A stretch of 61,116 bases of DNA, the filler included. It is 5 parts of 5 records of this genome, joined end to end, with 100 filler letters (N's around TTAATTAATTAA, not from the genome) between each part and the next. Parts side by side here need not be neighbours in the genome. Positions count along the whole stretch, not along the records: positions 1 to 23,694 come from SRR20825010_4702; positions 23,795 to 27,443 come from SRR20825010_4712; 3 more parts are not named here. One strand, written 5' to 3'. This document shows, one piece after another, positions 10,120-26,086 of this stretch. Made by a program: the position numbers and the translations under genes. The first letter of the stretch is position 1. The number at the start of each line of letters is the position of its first letter. The notes below the pieces were generated by a model that was not told the origin of the DNA, did not search any database, and saw only the letters and a program-made list of their open reading frames with translations.

Positions 10120-10814
10120 TCTTTAAGGCCATCCCTATAGTTCAGGCGCGCCAGATAAGTCTTGAGGCTCGTCTCAGCCGTATCAGTGAAGATCTCACCG
10201 GTTGAGCTTGCGTTCAGCATGCGGTCCAGCCTGAAGTGGCGGAAGTCTTTCCTCAACTCGCACCATGCCAACATCATCCAGACGGGGCCAATAAATACTA
10301 GCGATAGCGGCCTGACCCGCCGCCGTGTGGCAATGCCTTCTTCGTCGGCATAACTGAGGTCCAGCACTTCTTTATGCCGCACCGCTTGCCTCAGGTATGA
10401 GAAATCAATGTTCCATGGCAATTTTGCCCGCGACGGCGGGGCGAAAAGCGCGATGCCGGAGAAGGTTTCCCGGTCGTGGGCGGTGAGCACGTTTTTGATC
10501 TTGAGAATCAGGCTTTTTGCGGACGCAGCCATTTTCTCGTCAGTCCAACTTGAAACCATCGCGGCCCCCAGCATCAAGGTTTCAAGCTCGTTGACATCAA
10601 AACTCATGGGCGGCAGGTAGTAGCTTTTGTCGAGAATATAGCCCACACCGGCTTCGCCAGAAATGGGCACTCCTGTGGTGATCAGGTCCTGGATGTCGCG
10701 GTACACTGTTCGCACGCTAATATCAAATTCATCAGCGATATCCTGCGCGGTGATGGCAATACGCCGTCCCTGCAGGAAACTAACGATCTGGAAAAGGCGG
10801 TCTGCGCGTCTCAT
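10116..10814 (-). CDS. YafY-family wHTH-WYL transcriptional regulator
   Basis: MRRADRLFQI, SVRTVYRDI, GEAGVGY, AWCELRKDFRHFRLDRM. Confidence 0.92.
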   Translation of the reverse strand: MRRADRLFQIVSFLQGRRIAITAQDIADEFDISVRTVYRDIQDLITTGVPISGEAGVGYILDKSYYLPPMSFDVNELETLMLGAAMVSSWTDEKMAASAKSLILKIKNVLTAHDRETFSGIALFAPPSRAKLPWNIDFSYLRQAVRHKEVLDLSYADEEGIATRRRVRPLSLVFIGPVWMMLAWCELRKDFRHFRLDRMLNASSTGEIFTDTAETSLKTYLARLNYRDGLKD

Positions 10815-10831
10815 GATGCCATTATACTCAT

Positions 10832-10858
10832 GCCTACTGACAAAAAACGTCAGCAGGC
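10832..10858. promoter_or_regulatory. Putative WYL-regulator operator upstream of the YafY-like gene
   Basis: GCCTACTGAC-N7-GTCAGCAGGC (9/10 arms); TATAAT on the minus strand at 10821-10826. Confidence 0.65.
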
Positions 10859-10900
10859 TGGCAGTAGCCTGTCAAAAGGTCAAGCGAAAGGCATGAGGTG

Positions 10901-14663
<3,763 letters not shown>

Positions 14664-16778
14664 CTATCGGGGCTCTTCCTTGACGGCGACAATAGCAACA
14701 CTTTCAGCGGTGAGCGAGAAGGTTTGGCGGGGCGTTTCATCCGCTTTAAACTCTTCACCTATTTGGGCAGTGTTGAGCACACAGGTGCCGGTCATGCCCT
14801 TGGGCAGGGTGACTGTGAGATCGCCCCCGCTAGCGTTCATGAAAACGATGAAGGTGCTATCGGTGAGCGGTTTTCCGTCCGTCCCCATTGGTGCGCCCGC
14901 TGACCCACACAGCATGAGACCAAAGGCGGGCAAGGCTGCATCGCGCCAGTGATCATCGGTCATCTCATCGCCGGTCGTTGTGAGCCAGGTGATGTCTTTG
15001 ATGCCTTGTGCGCTTTGGTGTTTGCCGTGCATGAAATGCCTGCGGCTGAAAACCGGGTGCGCGCGCCGGAACGCGATCAGTTGCCGGGTAAACTCTAACA
15101 GTTGTCGGTCAAGGCCGCGCCAATTCAGCCAGGTGATTTCATTGTCCTGACAGTAGGCGTTGTTATTGCCTTTCTGGCTGTGGCCGATCTCGTCACCCGC
15201 GAGCAGCATGGGTGTACCCTGTGCTGTCATGAGCGTTACCAGCAGGTTGCGCACACGTTTGGCACGGCGTTTCAGGACAACTACGTCAGCGGTGGGCCCT
15301 TCTGCGCCGCAGTTGTCGCTCAGGTTATGGCCGTGCCCGTCACGATTTTCCTCCAGGTTCGCTTCATTGTGTTTTCCGTTGAAGTTGGCTGTATCCTTGA
15401 GAGTGAAACCGTCATGGCTGGTAATGAAATTGATGGAGGAATGCGCTGTGCGACCGCCATGGTCAAAGAAATCGGCGGAGCCGAGCATGCGCGCGGCCAA
15501 GTCTGGCACAGTGCCGTTGTTACCGCGCCAGAAGGCGCGGGCACTGTCGCGGAAACGGTCATTCCATTCTGCCCAGCCGGACGGGAAGGCGCCAAGCTGA
15601 TATCCGCCCGGCCCGATATCCCAAGGCTCCGCAATCAGTTTCACGCGTGATAAAACAGGGTCCTGCCGCAAGGCGCTCAGGAAAATACTGTCGGCCCTGA
15701 AGCCCTCTGGTGTGCGGGCTGGGGTTGTTGCAAGGTCAAAGCGGAAGCCGTCTACATGCATCTCTTCCACCCAGAAACGGAGCGAGTCTGTCACCATCTG
15801 AAGCACACGTGGGTGGTCGGTATTGAGCGTGTTGCCGCATCCCGTATCGTTCACATAATAGCGTGGGTTATCTGCATCCAGCCGGTAGTAGCTTTTATTG
15901 TCGATCCCGCGCCACGAGAGCGTTGGCCCCAATTCCCAGCTCTCTGCCGTGTGGTTATAAACCACATCCAAAATCACCTCGATGCCCGCACTATGGAGCG
16001 CTTTCACCATGCGCTGGAAGGAGTGCACACCCGCAGGCCCTAGGTAACTGGCTTCTGGCGCGAAATAGGAAACAGGGTTGTAGCCCCAATAATTTGTGAG
16101 CCCCAGCTTGGTAAGCCGCGGTTCTGAGAAGGAGGCCTGCACCGGTAAAAGCTCAACGCTTGTCACCCCGAGCTTCACCAGATGCTCCAGCATCCTAGGC
16201 GATGAAAGGCCCTCAAACGTGCCGCGTTTCTTGACCGGCACACCGGTATGAAGCTGGCTGACGCCCTTGACATGAGCCTCATAGATGACGGTTTGCTCAG
16301 GCGTGACTTGGGGCGAAGCATCCTTGCCCCAACGGAAATCCGGGCGGCTGACAACACATTTTGGCATGAAGCGCGCGCTGTCTTGTGTGTCGAAACTGAG
16401 GTCAGTGTGTGGCGCGGCTGTGGCGTAGCCAAAAAGCGCGTCATGTTGGCGGAAAGCCCCGGAAAGCCTGCGTGTGTAGGGGTCGATCAGCAATTTATGG
16501 GCATTAAACCTGTGGCCGTCCTCTGGGGCGTAGGGGCCATGCACCCGGTAGCCATATAGCTGGCCTTCCAGCACGTCGGGCATAAAGCCATGCCACACAC
16601 CATTTGTGTGTTCCGGCAAGGCTACCCGTGACAACTCACGTTTGCCGTCAGGGGAGAAAAGGCACAACTCAACACCGGTGGCATTTTCGGAAAACAGCGC
16701 GAAGTTGGTGCCGCCATCCAGAATGGTTGCGCCAAGAGCATTGGGGCTTCCCGGTCTTGGTGGCGCAAAGGATGTCAC
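14664..16778 (-). CDS. glgX: Glycogen debranching enzyme
   Basis: NYWGYN, DVVYNHTAE, DGFRFDLA, AEPWD, HDGFTL, GNNNAYCQDNE. Confidence 0.95.
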   Translation of the reverse strand: MTSFAPPRPGSPNALGATILDGGTNFALFSENATGVELCLFSPDGKRELSRVALPEHTNGVWHGFMPDVLEGQLYGYRVHGPYAPEDGHRFNAHKLLIDPYTRRLSGAFRQHDALFGYATAAPHTDLSFDTQDSARFMPKCVVSRPDFRWGKDASPQVTPEQTVIYEAHVKGVSQLHTGVPVKKRGTFEGLSSPRMLEHLVKLGVTSVELLPVQASFSEPRLTKLGLTNYWGYNPVSYFAPEASYLGPAGVHSFQRMVKALHSAGIEVILDVVYNHTAESWELGPTLSWRGIDNKSYYRLDADNPRYYVNDTGCGNTLNTDHPRVLQMVTDSLRFWVEEMHVDGFRFDLATTPARTPEGFRADSIFLSALRQDPVLSRVKLIAEPWDIGPGGYQLGAFPSGWAEWNDRFRDSARAFWRGNNGTVPDLAARMLGSADFFDHGGRTAHSSINFITSHDGFTLKDTANFNGKHNEANLEENRDGHGHNLSDNCGAEGPTADVVVLKRRAKRVRNLLVTLMTAQGTPMLLAGDEIGHSQKGNNNAYCQDNEITWLNWRGLDRQLLEFTRQLIAFRRAHPVFSRRHFMHGKHQSAQGIKDITWLTTTGDEMTDDHWRDAALPAFGLMLCGSAGAPMGTDGKPLTDSTFIVFMNASGGDLTVTLPKGMTGTCVLNTAQIGEEFKADETPRQTFSLTAESVAIVAVKEEPR

Positions 16779-16788
16779 GAGGGTCTCC

Positions 16789-18255
16789 CTAATTAGTATG
16801 GTTTAAAAGGGTCAGATATATCTGCCGGTAACGGTCTGCGGGTTGTTGCCAGCTAACGTCCTGTTTCATGCCGCGCTTTCGTATGGCACTGAAGGTTCGC
16901 TTGTCGCGGAACAGGGCAAAAAAACGGTCGATGGCCGCAATCAGGCTATCAAAGGTTACCGGTGAAAACTGGATACCGTTCCCGGCACCCGCCATCAGCG
17001 CTGCGTCATTCGTGTCAACGATGGTATCGGCCAGCCCGCCAACCCGTGCCACTATGGGCACTGTGCCGTAGCGAAGCGCGCACAGTTGGGTCAGGCCGCA
17101 CGGCTCAAAGCGGGACGGGACGAAAATAGCGTCCGCGCCTGCCTGAATAAGGTGTGCCAAGGGCTCATCATAACCGATGACGGTGGCAACATGGCCTTTG
17201 TGGCTCTGGCTGGCTTTCTGGAACGCTGCTTCAAGGTCTTTGTCCCCCGTGCCCAGCACAGCCAACTGGCCACCATTGCCAATGATATGCGGGATGGCGC
17301 CAGCAAGCAGGTCCAGCCCTTTTTGTTCGGTCAGGCGGCTGATCACACAAAACAGTGGTGCGTCCTTGTCCACCTCCAGCCCCAGCTGTTGTTGGAGGGC
17401 AGTTTTGTTTTTCGCTTTACCAGCAGGCACTTTCAGGCTGAAGGGAGCAGCAAGCGAAGCATCAACTTCAGGGTCCCAGACCTCGGTATCAATGCCGTTC
17501 GTGATGCCAGATACATGGGCGGCCCGGCTTTTGAGCAGCCCGCCAAGTCCCATACCGCCGTCATCTGTCTGTATTTCCCGCGCATAAGTCGGGCTTACGG
17601 TGGTGGTGTGGTCGCTGTAGATGATGCCAGCCTTGAGGAAACCAACCTGATCCCAATATTCAAGCCCGCTTTGGTTGAACATGCTGCTCGGTAGGCCAAG
17701 GCCCGCGAACGTGGTTTTTGGGAACAGGCCCTGAAAGGCAAGGTTATGGATTGTGAAAACGGTTTTTGGCCTTGGCGCGGGCAGCAGCGAAAGATACGCA
17801 GACGCGAGCCCCGCCTGCCAGTCATGCGCGTGCAAAATATCAGCTTGCCACTTGCCATCAAGCTGGCCATGCGCGAGCGAGGCCCCCACTTTTGCAAGGG
17901 CCGCGAACCGCTTGTGGTTGTCAGGTCGGTCCTTGCCGTCTGTCCCTTGATAAGGGTTGCCTTCCATATCAAACAGATGCGGTGCATCAAGCAGATACAG
18001 CTTCACCCCCGTGGGCGCGGTGGCGCTCAAAAGCACGGCATCGCCGCCTATGATGTCTTTAATCTCTGACATTTTTTTCTGTTTGAGTGCCGCTTTTTTA
18101 ACAGCAGGGAACGCAGGCAACAGCACGCGTGCGTCATCACCGGCGGCGGTAAGTGCACGCGGCAAGGCACCAATAACGTCCGCGAGGCCCCCCGTTTTAA
18201 TCAGCGGAAAACATTCCGACGCAACAAACAGCACGCGCAAGGGCGCTTGGCTCAT
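16789..18255 (-). CDS. glgA: Glycogen synthase
   Basis: [35 protein letters not shown]. Confidence 0.95.
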   Translation of the reverse strand: MSQAPLRVLFVASECFPLIKTGGLADVIGALPRALTAAGDDARVLLPAFPAVKKAALKQKKMSEIKDIIGGDAVLLSATAPTGVKLYLLDAPHLFDMEGNPYQGTDGKDRPDNHKRFAALAKVGASLAHGQLDGKWQADILHAHDWQAGLASAYLSLLPAPRPKTVFTIHNLAFQGLFPKTTFAGLGLPSSMFNQSGLEYWDQVGFLKAGIIYSDHTTTVSPTYAREIQTDDGGMGLGGLLKSRAAHVSGITNGIDTEVWDPEVDASLAAPFSLKVPAGKAKNKTALQQQLGLEVDKDAPLFCVISRLTEQKGLDLLAGAIPHIIGNGGQLAVLGTGDKDLEAAFQKASQSHKGHVATVIGYDEPLAHLIQAGADAIFVPSRFEPCGLTQLCALRYGTVPIVARVGGLADTIVDTNDAALMAGAGNGIQFSPVTFDSLIAAIDRFFALFRDKRTFSAIRKRGMKQDVSWQQPADRYRQIYLTLLNHTN

Positions 18256-19520
18256 CCCTCATGCTCCAATCGGTCGATCATCTTTTGGGTGATCAGGCAG
18301 ATGCCCTTTTCGGTGCGGTGGAAACGGCGCGCATCGTCTTCAGGGTCTTCCCCCACAATCAATCCGCGCGGGATTTCAACGCCGCGATCAATCACACATT
18401 TGGACAGTCGTGCCCCTCGGTTGACGTTCACATACGGCAGAGCCACCACATGCTTAAGGCGGCTGTATGAGCGTGCGTGAACGCCGGTAAACAAGAGCGA
18501 CCGTTCGATATGGCTGCCGGAAACAATGCAGCCACCCGCCACAAGCGAGCTGATGGACGCACCACGGCGCCCTTCCTGATCGTGGATAAATTTGGCAGGC
18601 GGCGTGATCTCTGCGTAGGTCCAGATCGGCCATTCCCGGTCATAAAGATTCAGGCCCGGCTCAATGGTTGCCAGATCAAGGTTTGCTTCCCAGTAGCTGT
18701 CCACGGTGCCGACATCGCGCCAGTAAGCCTCGGCTCCCGGTACGCTGCGAATGCAGGATTTGGTAAAACGGTGGGCAAAGACCTTTGCGTTTTCAACGAG
18801 GTAAGGAATGATGTCCTTGCCAAAATCGCGAGATGAGTTCGGGTCGGCGGCATCACGCTTTAACTGGTCGAACAGAAATTTGGTCTCGAACACATAGATG
18901 CCCATGGATGCGAGGCATGCATTTGGCTTGCCGGGAATGGTGGGCGGGTTTTCGGGTTTTTCAAGGAAATTGGTGACATAGTCGTCGTCATCCACATGCA
19001 TGACACCAAAGCCTTTGGCTTCTTCTGGTGTTACTTCAAGGCAGCCGATGGTGACATCCGCGCCAGAGTTCACATGCTCCTCGAGCATCATCTCATAGTC
19101 CATTTTATAGACATGGTCGCCCGCCAGAATGACCATGAATTTGGGGGCGTAAGATTCGATGATGTCGATGTTCTGGTAAACCGCGTCCGCTGTGCCTTCA
19201 TACCACTGGGTTTCAGATACCCGTTGGGAGGCAGGCAGAATGTCGAAACTCTCGTTTCGTTCAGCCCGGTAAAAGTTCCAGCCGCGTTGCAGGTGCTTGA
19301 TCAGGCTGTGCGCTTTATATTGTGTTGCAACACCAATGCGGCGAATGCCTGAATTCATGGCGTTCGAGAGGGCAAAATCGATGATGCGGCTTTTGCCGCC
19401 AAAATAAACAGCAGGTTTCGCGCGTTTATCCGTAAGCTCTTTCAAACGGCTGCCGCGGCCGCCTGCAAGCACATAAGCCATGGTGTGACGCGCGTAGGGT
19501 GCTGATACTGTTGTTTTCAA
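18252..19520 (-). CDS. glgC: Glucose-1-phosphate adenylyltransferase (TTG start)
   Basis: [44 protein letters not shown]. Confidence 0.95.
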   Translation of the reverse strand: MKTTVSAPYARHTMAYVLAGGRGSRLKELTDKRAKPAVYFGGKSRIIDFALSNAMNSGIRRIGVATQYKAHSLIKHLQRGWNFYRAERNESFDILPASQRVSETQWYEGTADAVYQNIDIIESYAPKFMVILAGDHVYKMDYEMMLEEHVNSGADVTIGCLEVTPEEAKGFGVMHVDDDDYVTNFLEKPENPPTIPGKPNACLASMGIYVFETKFLFDQLKRDAADPNSSRDFGKDIIPYLVENAKVFAHRFTKSCIRSVPGAEAYWRDVGTVDSYWEANLDLATIEPGLNLYDREWPIWTYAEITPPAKFIHDQEGRRGASISSLVAGGCIVSGSHIERSLLFTGVHARSYSRLKHVVALPYVNVNRGARLSKCVIDRGVEIPRGLIVGEDPEDDARRFHRTEKGICLITQKMIDRLEHEG

Positions 19521-19584
19521 GACATGTCCCCCGAATTTCGGTTTTGGCGGTGCACTTCAGTGCTTGTAATAGTCTTGCAAAACT

Positions 19585-19596
19585 GCAATCGATTGC
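19585..19596. promoter_or_regulatory. LacI-family-like operator in the glgC/glgP divergent spacer
   Basis: Perfect CG-centred palindrome GCAATCGATTGC. Confidence 0.5.
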
Positions 19597-19754
19597 GCAA
19601 TAAAAGAATCATATTAGCGCTAGAATGTTTGCGAATTGGTTTCTTGAGAAACTGATCCGCCATTGTAAATCAGATGTCACAAAATGTTTTTTACTCTCAG
19701 GTAGAACGCTACCGACACAATGTGTTTCCTCTACTGCGACAAGGCTAAAGTAAT

Positions 19755-22199
19755 ATGACAACCCGCGATTTGGACATGCCCGTTACACCCGCCAACGCCC
19801 TGACACTGGGAGATGCAGTATTGAGGCATCTCGTTTACTCGGTCGGCAAGGATCAATCCCATGCTGTGGAGCGCGATTGGTGCGTTGCCCTTTCGCTTGC
19901 GATTCGCGACCTGATGGTCGACGGCTGGATGGATACTACACGCCGCATCTATAAAACCAAACAGAAGCGGGTTTATTATTTATCGATGGAATTCATGATC
20001 GGTCGCTTGCTTGAGGATGCGATCGCCAACATGGGTTTGATCAAGGAAGCCAAAGAATTTTTCGGTGAGCTTGGCTTGAACTTGAGCGATATTCTGAACT
20101 CTGAGCCAGACCCGGCGCTGGGTAATGGTGGCCTTGGGCGCCTGGCGGCCTGTTTTATGGATTCGATGGCGACGGTGGGTGTTGCAGGTATTGGCTACGG
20201 CATCCGGTATGAGCATGGCATCTTCCGCCAAAGCTTTCAGGATGGCTGGCAGCTTGAAGAACCGGAAGATTGGCTGGTATTTGGTAACGCATGGGAGTTC
20301 CAGCGCCCTGAAGTGGAATATTCAGTTGAGTTCGGCGGTTCGGTCCAGCGCGACAATACAGGTAAAATGATCTGGACACCGTCGGAACGTATTCTCGCAG
20401 GTGCCTTTGATACACCAATTGCGGGTTGGGGCGGCAAACATGTGAACACACTCAGGCTTTGGTCTGCACGGTCAGCGGAAGTGTTGAACCTGCATCAGTT
20501 TAACCAGGGTGAATTTATGGCCGCCGCGCAGCAGCAGGTGCTTGCGGAATCGATCACCAAGGTTCTCTACCCCGGTGACCACACGGCAGAGGGGCGTGAG
20601 CTTCGTCTCAAACAGGAAGTGTTTTTCACCTCCGCCAGCCTTCAGGATATCCTGCGCCGCTTCAGACTTGATAACACCAACTGGAACGAGTTGCCGCAAT
20701 ATGCGGCGGTGCAGCTTAACGACACCCACCCGGCAATTGCAGTACCGGAACTTGTGCGGCTTTTAGTGGATAAACACGGGCTTGAATTTGTTGAATCGTT
20801 CGAGATCGCGCGGGCCACACTTCACTACACCAACCACACGCTGTTGCCTGAAGCGCTTGAGAAATGGCCGCTGGAATTGTTTGAGCGTTGCTTGCCGCGC
20901 CACCTGCAGATCATTCGCGAGATTGACAACCTGTTCGCCGCAGAAGTTGCCGCAAAATATGAGGGTAAAAACGTCGATCCCATGAAAGCGATTGACCCCC
21001 ACCACGGTGGGTGGGTTCGCATGGGCAACCTAGCGTTCATTGGCTCAAGCCATGTTAACGGCGTGTCTGCGCTGCATACGGAACTGATGAAACAGACAGT
21101 GTTTAAAGACCTGCATGAAATTTACCCGGACCGTATTTTGAACCAAACCAACGGCATTACGCCGCGTCGCTGGCTTTATGAGTGTAACCCGCTTCTGGCT
21201 GACCTGATTACGGAGACAATTGGCGATGCGTGGGTGAAAGACCTTGAGCATATTGCCGCGCTTGCACCGCATGCGGACGATAAAACCTTCCGCAAGAAGT
21301 TTGCAGCAGTTAAGGCGGAGAACAAGGTGCATCTCGCCGCCTTCATCAAACAGCAAACCGGAATTGTGGTGAACCCCACCTCCCTCTTTGATGTGCAAAT
21401 CAAGCGTATTCACGAGTATAAGCGGCAGCTCCTGAATGCGCTTGAGACCATGGCACTTTATAACGCCATCAAGGAAGACCCGAGCGCTGGCTGGACACCG
21501 CGGGTGAAGATATTCGCAGGCAAGGCGGCACCAAGCTATACACTGGCGAAGCTGATCATCAAGCTGATCAACGACGTGGCCGCCAAGGTGAATGCGGATG
21601 AAGATGTGGGCGACCTTCTCAAGGTGGTGTTCCTGCCAAACTATAATGTCTCTGCGGCGGAAGAGTTGATCCCCGGTGCGGACCTGTCTGAGCAAATCTC
21701 AACCGCAGGCTTTGAAGCGTCGGGCACTGGCAACATGAAGTTTGCGCTTAATGGTGCGCTCACTATCGGCACACTTGACGGCGCGAATGTGGAGATCAAG
21801 GACCATGTTGGTGACGACAATATCTTCATCTTCGGCATGGAGGCTGACGAGGTGGCCCGGCGCCAGCAGGAAGGCTGCCAGCCTTGGATGACGGTTTCAG
21901 AGACGCCGCGCCTGCAGGAAGTGGTGAAGCAGATATCATCGGGGTTCTATTCCCACGGCGATACGGAACGCTTTGCGGGTGTGGTGGATAATGTGCTGGC
22001 CCATGACTATTTTCAGGTAACGCCAGACTTTGACGCTTACTGGGAAACCCAGCGCAAAGTGGACGCCGAGTTCAAGGACGTTGACAATTGGCACCGGAAG
22101 GCGATCCTGAACACAGCGAATATGGGCTGGTTCTCTGCAGATCGTACAATCCGTGGATATGCGAAGGATATCTGGAAAGCCCTGCCGGATGAGGGGTGA
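19755..22199 (+). CDS. glgP: Glycogen/starch phosphorylase
   Basis: LGNGGLGRLAAC, QLNDTHP, KRIHEYKRQ, EASGTGNMK PLP motif. Confidence 0.96.
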   Translation: MTTRDLDMPVTPANALTLGDAVLRHLVYSVGKDQSHAVERDWCVALSLAIRDLMVDGWMDTTRRIYKTKQKRVYYLSMEFMIGRLLEDAIANMGLIKEAKEFFGELGLNLSDILNSEPDPALGNGGLGRLAACFMDSMATVGVAGIGYGIRYEHGIFRQSFQDGWQLEEPEDWLVFGNAWEFQRPEVEYSVEFGGSVQRDNTGKMIWTPSERILAGAFDTPIAGWGGKHVNTLRLWSARSAEVLNLHQFNQGEFMAAAQQQVLAESITKVLYPGDHTAEGRELRLKQEVFFTSASLQDILRRFRLDNTNWNELPQYAAVQLNDTHPAIAVPELVRLLVDKHGLEFVESFEIARATLHYTNHTLLPEALEKWPLELFERCLPRHLQIIREIDNLFAAEVAAKYEGKNVDPMKAIDPHHGGWVRMGNLAFIGSSHVNGVSALHTELMKQTVFKDLHEIYPDRILNQTNGITPRRWLYECNPLLADLITETIGDAWVKDLEHIAALAPHADDKTFRKKFAAVKAENKVHLAAFIKQQTGIVVNPTSLFDVQIKRIHEYKRQLLNALETMALYNAIKEDPSAGWTPRVKIFAGKAAPSYTLAKLIIKLINDVAAKVNADEDVGDLLKVVFLPNYNVSAAEELIPGADLSEQISTAGFEASGTGNMKFALNGALTIGTLDGANVEIKDHVGDDNIFIFGMEADEVARRQQEGCQPWMTVSETPRLQEVVKQISSGFYSHGDTERFAGVVDNVLAHDYFQVTPDFDAYWETQRKVDAEFKDVDNWHRKAILNTANMGWFSADRTIRGYAKDIWKALPDEG

Positions 22200-22203
22200 A
22201 ACA

Positions 22204-23694
22204 GTGCCTTTGAGCCAAGTGGTGATGGATCAGGCGGAAATTGAAGCAATTGTAAGCGGGCGGCATACGGACCCGTTTGCCCGCCTTGGCAGGCATGTGG
22301 AAGCGGACAGCAGCGTTATCCGCACCTATGCGCTGGGCGCGGAAAAAATTGAGGTTTTCACCCCCGCAGGCAAACGCCCGCTTGGTACGCTCACAAAAAT
22401 CCATGAGGCGGGGCTTTTTGAAGGCTATCTCGCGCCTGCAAAAGCCAAAAACGGATATAGGCTGAAGGCCACCAGCGGTGGCAACAGCTGGTTCTATCAG
22501 GATGCCTACCAGTTTGGCCCGGTGATATCGGACCTTGATTTGCACTTGCTGTCTGAAGGCACACACGAGCGGGCCTATACCTGCCTTGGTGCCCATGTTT
22601 GTGAGCATGAAGGTGTGATGGGCACGGCCTTTGCGGTGTGGGCGCCCGGCGCGCATCATGTGGCACTGGTGGGCGATTTCAACCACTGGAACAGCACGCA
22701 GCATGTGATGCGCAGCCGGGGTGGAAGCGGCATCTGGGAACTGTTCATGCCGGGTATCGGCGACGGCACGCACTATAAGTTTTGCGTTTTCTCGGGTGAT
22801 GGCAAACAACTGCCCCTCAAAGCCGACCCATTTGCATTTGGCACAGAATATCGGCCCAATACCGCCTCGGTGGTGCGTACAATCGTTGGCTATGGCTGGG
22901 ATGACGGTAAATGGATGGCGGGCAGGGGTGCGCGCCAGAATATGCACGCGCCCATGTCGATCTATGAGGTGCACCTGGGGTCATGGATGCGCACGTGGGA
23001 CGCAGACAACCCCTACCTGAGCTATGCGGAGCTGGCGGAGCGCTTGGTCCCTTATGTGAAAGACCTTGGTTTTACCCATATCGAGCTGATGCCGATCACC
23101 GAATATCCGTTTGACGGCTCATGGGGCTATCAGCCTGTCGGGCTATATTCGCCAACCCGGCGTTTTGGCACACCGGCAGAGTTCAAGGCATTTGTTGATG
23201 CCTGCCACAGGGCCGAGATTGGTGTGTTGCTTGATTGGGTGCCCGGCCATTTTCCGGCGGACGACCATGGGCTTGTGAAATTTGACGGTACGCATCTTTT
23301 TGAGCATGCGGACCCAAGGAAGGGGTGTCACCCCGACTGGAACACGCTCATTTTCAATTTCGGACGGCGTGAGGTCGCGAACTATCTGATCTCCAACGCG
23401 CACTTCTGGCTTGAGGAATATCATCTGGATGGTTTGCGTGTGGATGCTGTGGCGTCCATGCTGTATCTGGACTATAGCCGCAAGGATGGGGAATGGTTGC
23501 CCAACGAGCATGGCGGCAACGAGAATCTGGAGGCGATTGCTCTGTTGCGGGCAATGAATGAGCGTGCTTATGCCCTGAATGACGGGATCATTACGGTAGC
23601 GGAAGAATCGACCGCTTACCCTAAAGTCTCCGCCCCCACCTATGATGGGGGGCTCGGCTTTGGCTTCAAGTGGAACATGGGCTGGATGAACGAC
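22204..23694 (+). CDS. glgB: 1,4-alpha-glucan branching enzyme (3'-truncated; start uncertain)
   Basis: IYEVHLGSW, SWGYQ, DWVPGHF, DGLRVDAVASMLY, AEEST, KWNMGWMND. Confidence 0.95.
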
Positions 23695-23794
23695 NNNNNN
23701 NNNNNNNNNNNNNNNNNNNNNNNNNNNNNNNNNNNNNNTTAATTAATTAANNNNNNNNNNNNNNNNNNNNNNNNNNNNNNNNNNNNNNNNNNNN
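23695..23794. other. Artificial contig linker
   Basis: 44 N + TTAATTAATTAA (stops in all six frames) + 44 N. Confidence 0.98.
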
Positions 23795-25441
23795 CTGGTC
23801 AAAACCCACATACCCCGGGGGCGCACCTATCAGCCTGGAGACAGTATGCCGCTCCATATACTCTGACATGTCAAAACGCAGTAATTCGATACCCAGCACT
23901 TCAGCCAATTGCTTCGACACCTCGGTTTTACCCACCCCTGTCGGCCCGGAAAACAGAAAAGACCCAATAGGCTTTTCACCTTCCCGAAGACCTGCACGGG
24001 CCAGTTTGATCGACGTAGAAAGTGCAGAAATCGCTTCGTCCTGGCCAAAAACTACCATTTTCAGCTTGTCTGTGAGGCCTTTCAGTTGCTCCTTGTCTGA
24101 GGCAGAGACACTTTTTGGCGGAATTCTTGCCATCTTCGCGACAATCGCCTCAACATCACCAACACCGACAACTTTTTTTCGTTTCGAAGGCGGTTGTAAC
24201 TGCTGATAGGCACCTGCTTCATCAATAATGTCTATTGCCTTGTCTGGCAAAAAACGATCATTAATGTGGCGTGCAGACAGTTCTGCTGCGGCTTTCAGGG
24301 CAGCTTGGGTAAACTTCAGCTTGTGATGCTCTTCAAAACGGGACTTGAGCCCCTTAAGAATACCCACAGTCTCTTCAACAGTGGGTTCAGACACATCAAT
24401 TTTCTGGAAGCGACGAGACAGAGCCCTGTCTTTCTCAAAAATGCCGCGGTATTCCTGGAATGTAGTAGAACCGATACAACGGATTTTTCCGGAGGTCAAA
24501 AGTGGCTTTAACAAATTTGAGGCATCCATAACACCACCGGAAGCGGCACCAGCACCGATAATGGTATGAATCTCATCAATGAAGAGGATAGCACCTTCTT
24601 TTTCGCGAAGTTCAGCAAGCACGCCTTTGAAACGCTTCTCAAAGTCACCACGGTATTTTGTGCCGGCTAACAAATCCCCAAGATCAAGGGCATAGACAAC
24701 GCTATTACGAAGTGTATCTGCCACCTTCTCCTCGACGATCATTTTAGCGAGGCCTTCAGCAATAGCCGTTTTACCGACACCGGCTTCACCGACCAGTAGC
24801 GGATTATTCTTGCGGCGACGAGCCAGCACCTGGCAGACACGCTCCACTTCCTCAACACGCCCCACGAGGGGATCGATATAGCCTTTACTGGCCTGGGCAT
24901 TTAAATTAGTGGTGAATTGCTCCAACAGACTACTGCTGTTGTTTTCTGCATCCGCGGTACTTTCTTCCTGAGGAGACTCACCATCGTGCTGCTCCGACTG
25001 GTCTGCGTATTTGGAAATTCCGTGGGAGAGATAGTTAACCACATCGATTCTGGCTACATTTTGCAGACGGAGGAAGTACACGGCCTGACTTTCCTGTTCG
25101 CTGAATAACGCAACCAGTACATTATCGCCCTGCACCTCGTTTTTACCGGAGGATTGCACATGAAATACGGCGCGCTGAAGAACACGTTGAAAACCGAGTG
25201 TTGGCTGAGTGTCCCTTTCATCAAGCTCATCGGGGATTATCGGTGTTGTAGACTCAATAAACTCATCCAGGTCGTGGCGAAGCACATTGATGTCAACACC
25301 ACAGGCTCTCAATACCTTGAGTGCTGACTCGTTGTCCAGCAACGCGAGCAGTAGATGTTCTACCGTCATGAATTCATGGCGTTTGTGACGGGCCCCTTTA
25401 AAAGCCTTATTCAGACTGAGCTCAAGCTCTCTGCTTAACAT
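23795..25441 (-). CDS. clpA: ATP-dependent Clp protease ATP-binding subunit (3'-truncated)
   Basis: [41 protein letters not shown]; clpS upstream. Confidence 0.96.
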
Positions 25442-25465
25442 ATATCGATACCTTTAAACTCTACT

Positions 25466-25837
25466 TTAGAGATCATCATCTTCCGAGGGTTCTACTTCGC
25501 AAAGTAATGGATGTTCATTCTTCCTAGCATAATCATTCACTTGTGCAACTTTGGTTTCTGCAACATCCTTTGTGTATACACCACATACGGCCTTGCCGTC
25601 CAAATGGACCTTCAGCATTACCCGCGTCGCCACCTCACGATTCATGCCAAAGAAGATTTCCAGTAACCCTACAACAAACTCCATCGGAGTATAATCATCA
25701 TTAAACAGAACCACCTTGTATCTCTTTGGGCGTTTGAGTTCAGGTGATGCTGCTTCGACAACAGCAGCGGTATTGTGTTGCCACTCCTGTTGCTCATCGT
25801 CTTTTTCACCAAAATAAATCTTTAAGCTCATTTTCAT
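25466..25837 (-). CDS. clpS: Clp protease adaptor (start uncertain)
   Basis: [29 protein letters not shown]. Confidence 0.94.
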   Translation of the reverse strand: MKMSLKIYFGEKDDEQQEWQHNTAAVVEAASPELKRPKRYKVVLFNDDYTPMEFVVGLLEIFFGMNREVATRVMLKVHLDGKAVCGVYTKDVAETKVAQVNDYARKNEHPLLCEVEPSEDDDL

Positions 25838-26086
25838 AAATCTTGTCGGAATCAACAGCTTCTATCTTACATATTAATACGCTATCTGCGGCCCTATTCT
25901 AGTGTTAAGAATAAGTTTATGTCGATTTTTTGCGATTATGGGAGACTTGACTTGATCAGTTTTTCATTATAGAAAACGCCCTTGAGCAAAAAATAAACAC
26001 TATAAATGCTATTGAATTAGCAGGGTTATAACCTGCGGCTGTATAACAGCCATGCTTACAATAGAAAACCCGATGAGAGGTTGAGT

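Noticed and set aside
19517-19525. ATG-TCT-TGA mini-ORF overlapping the glgC TTG start
   Set aside because: The G-rich SD is spaced correctly for the TTG and too close to the ATG; probably chance.
22072-22974. 300-aa ORF antisense to glgB, and many similar opposite-strand or alternate-frame ORFs
   Set aside because: They overlap well-supported genes and have no family signature.
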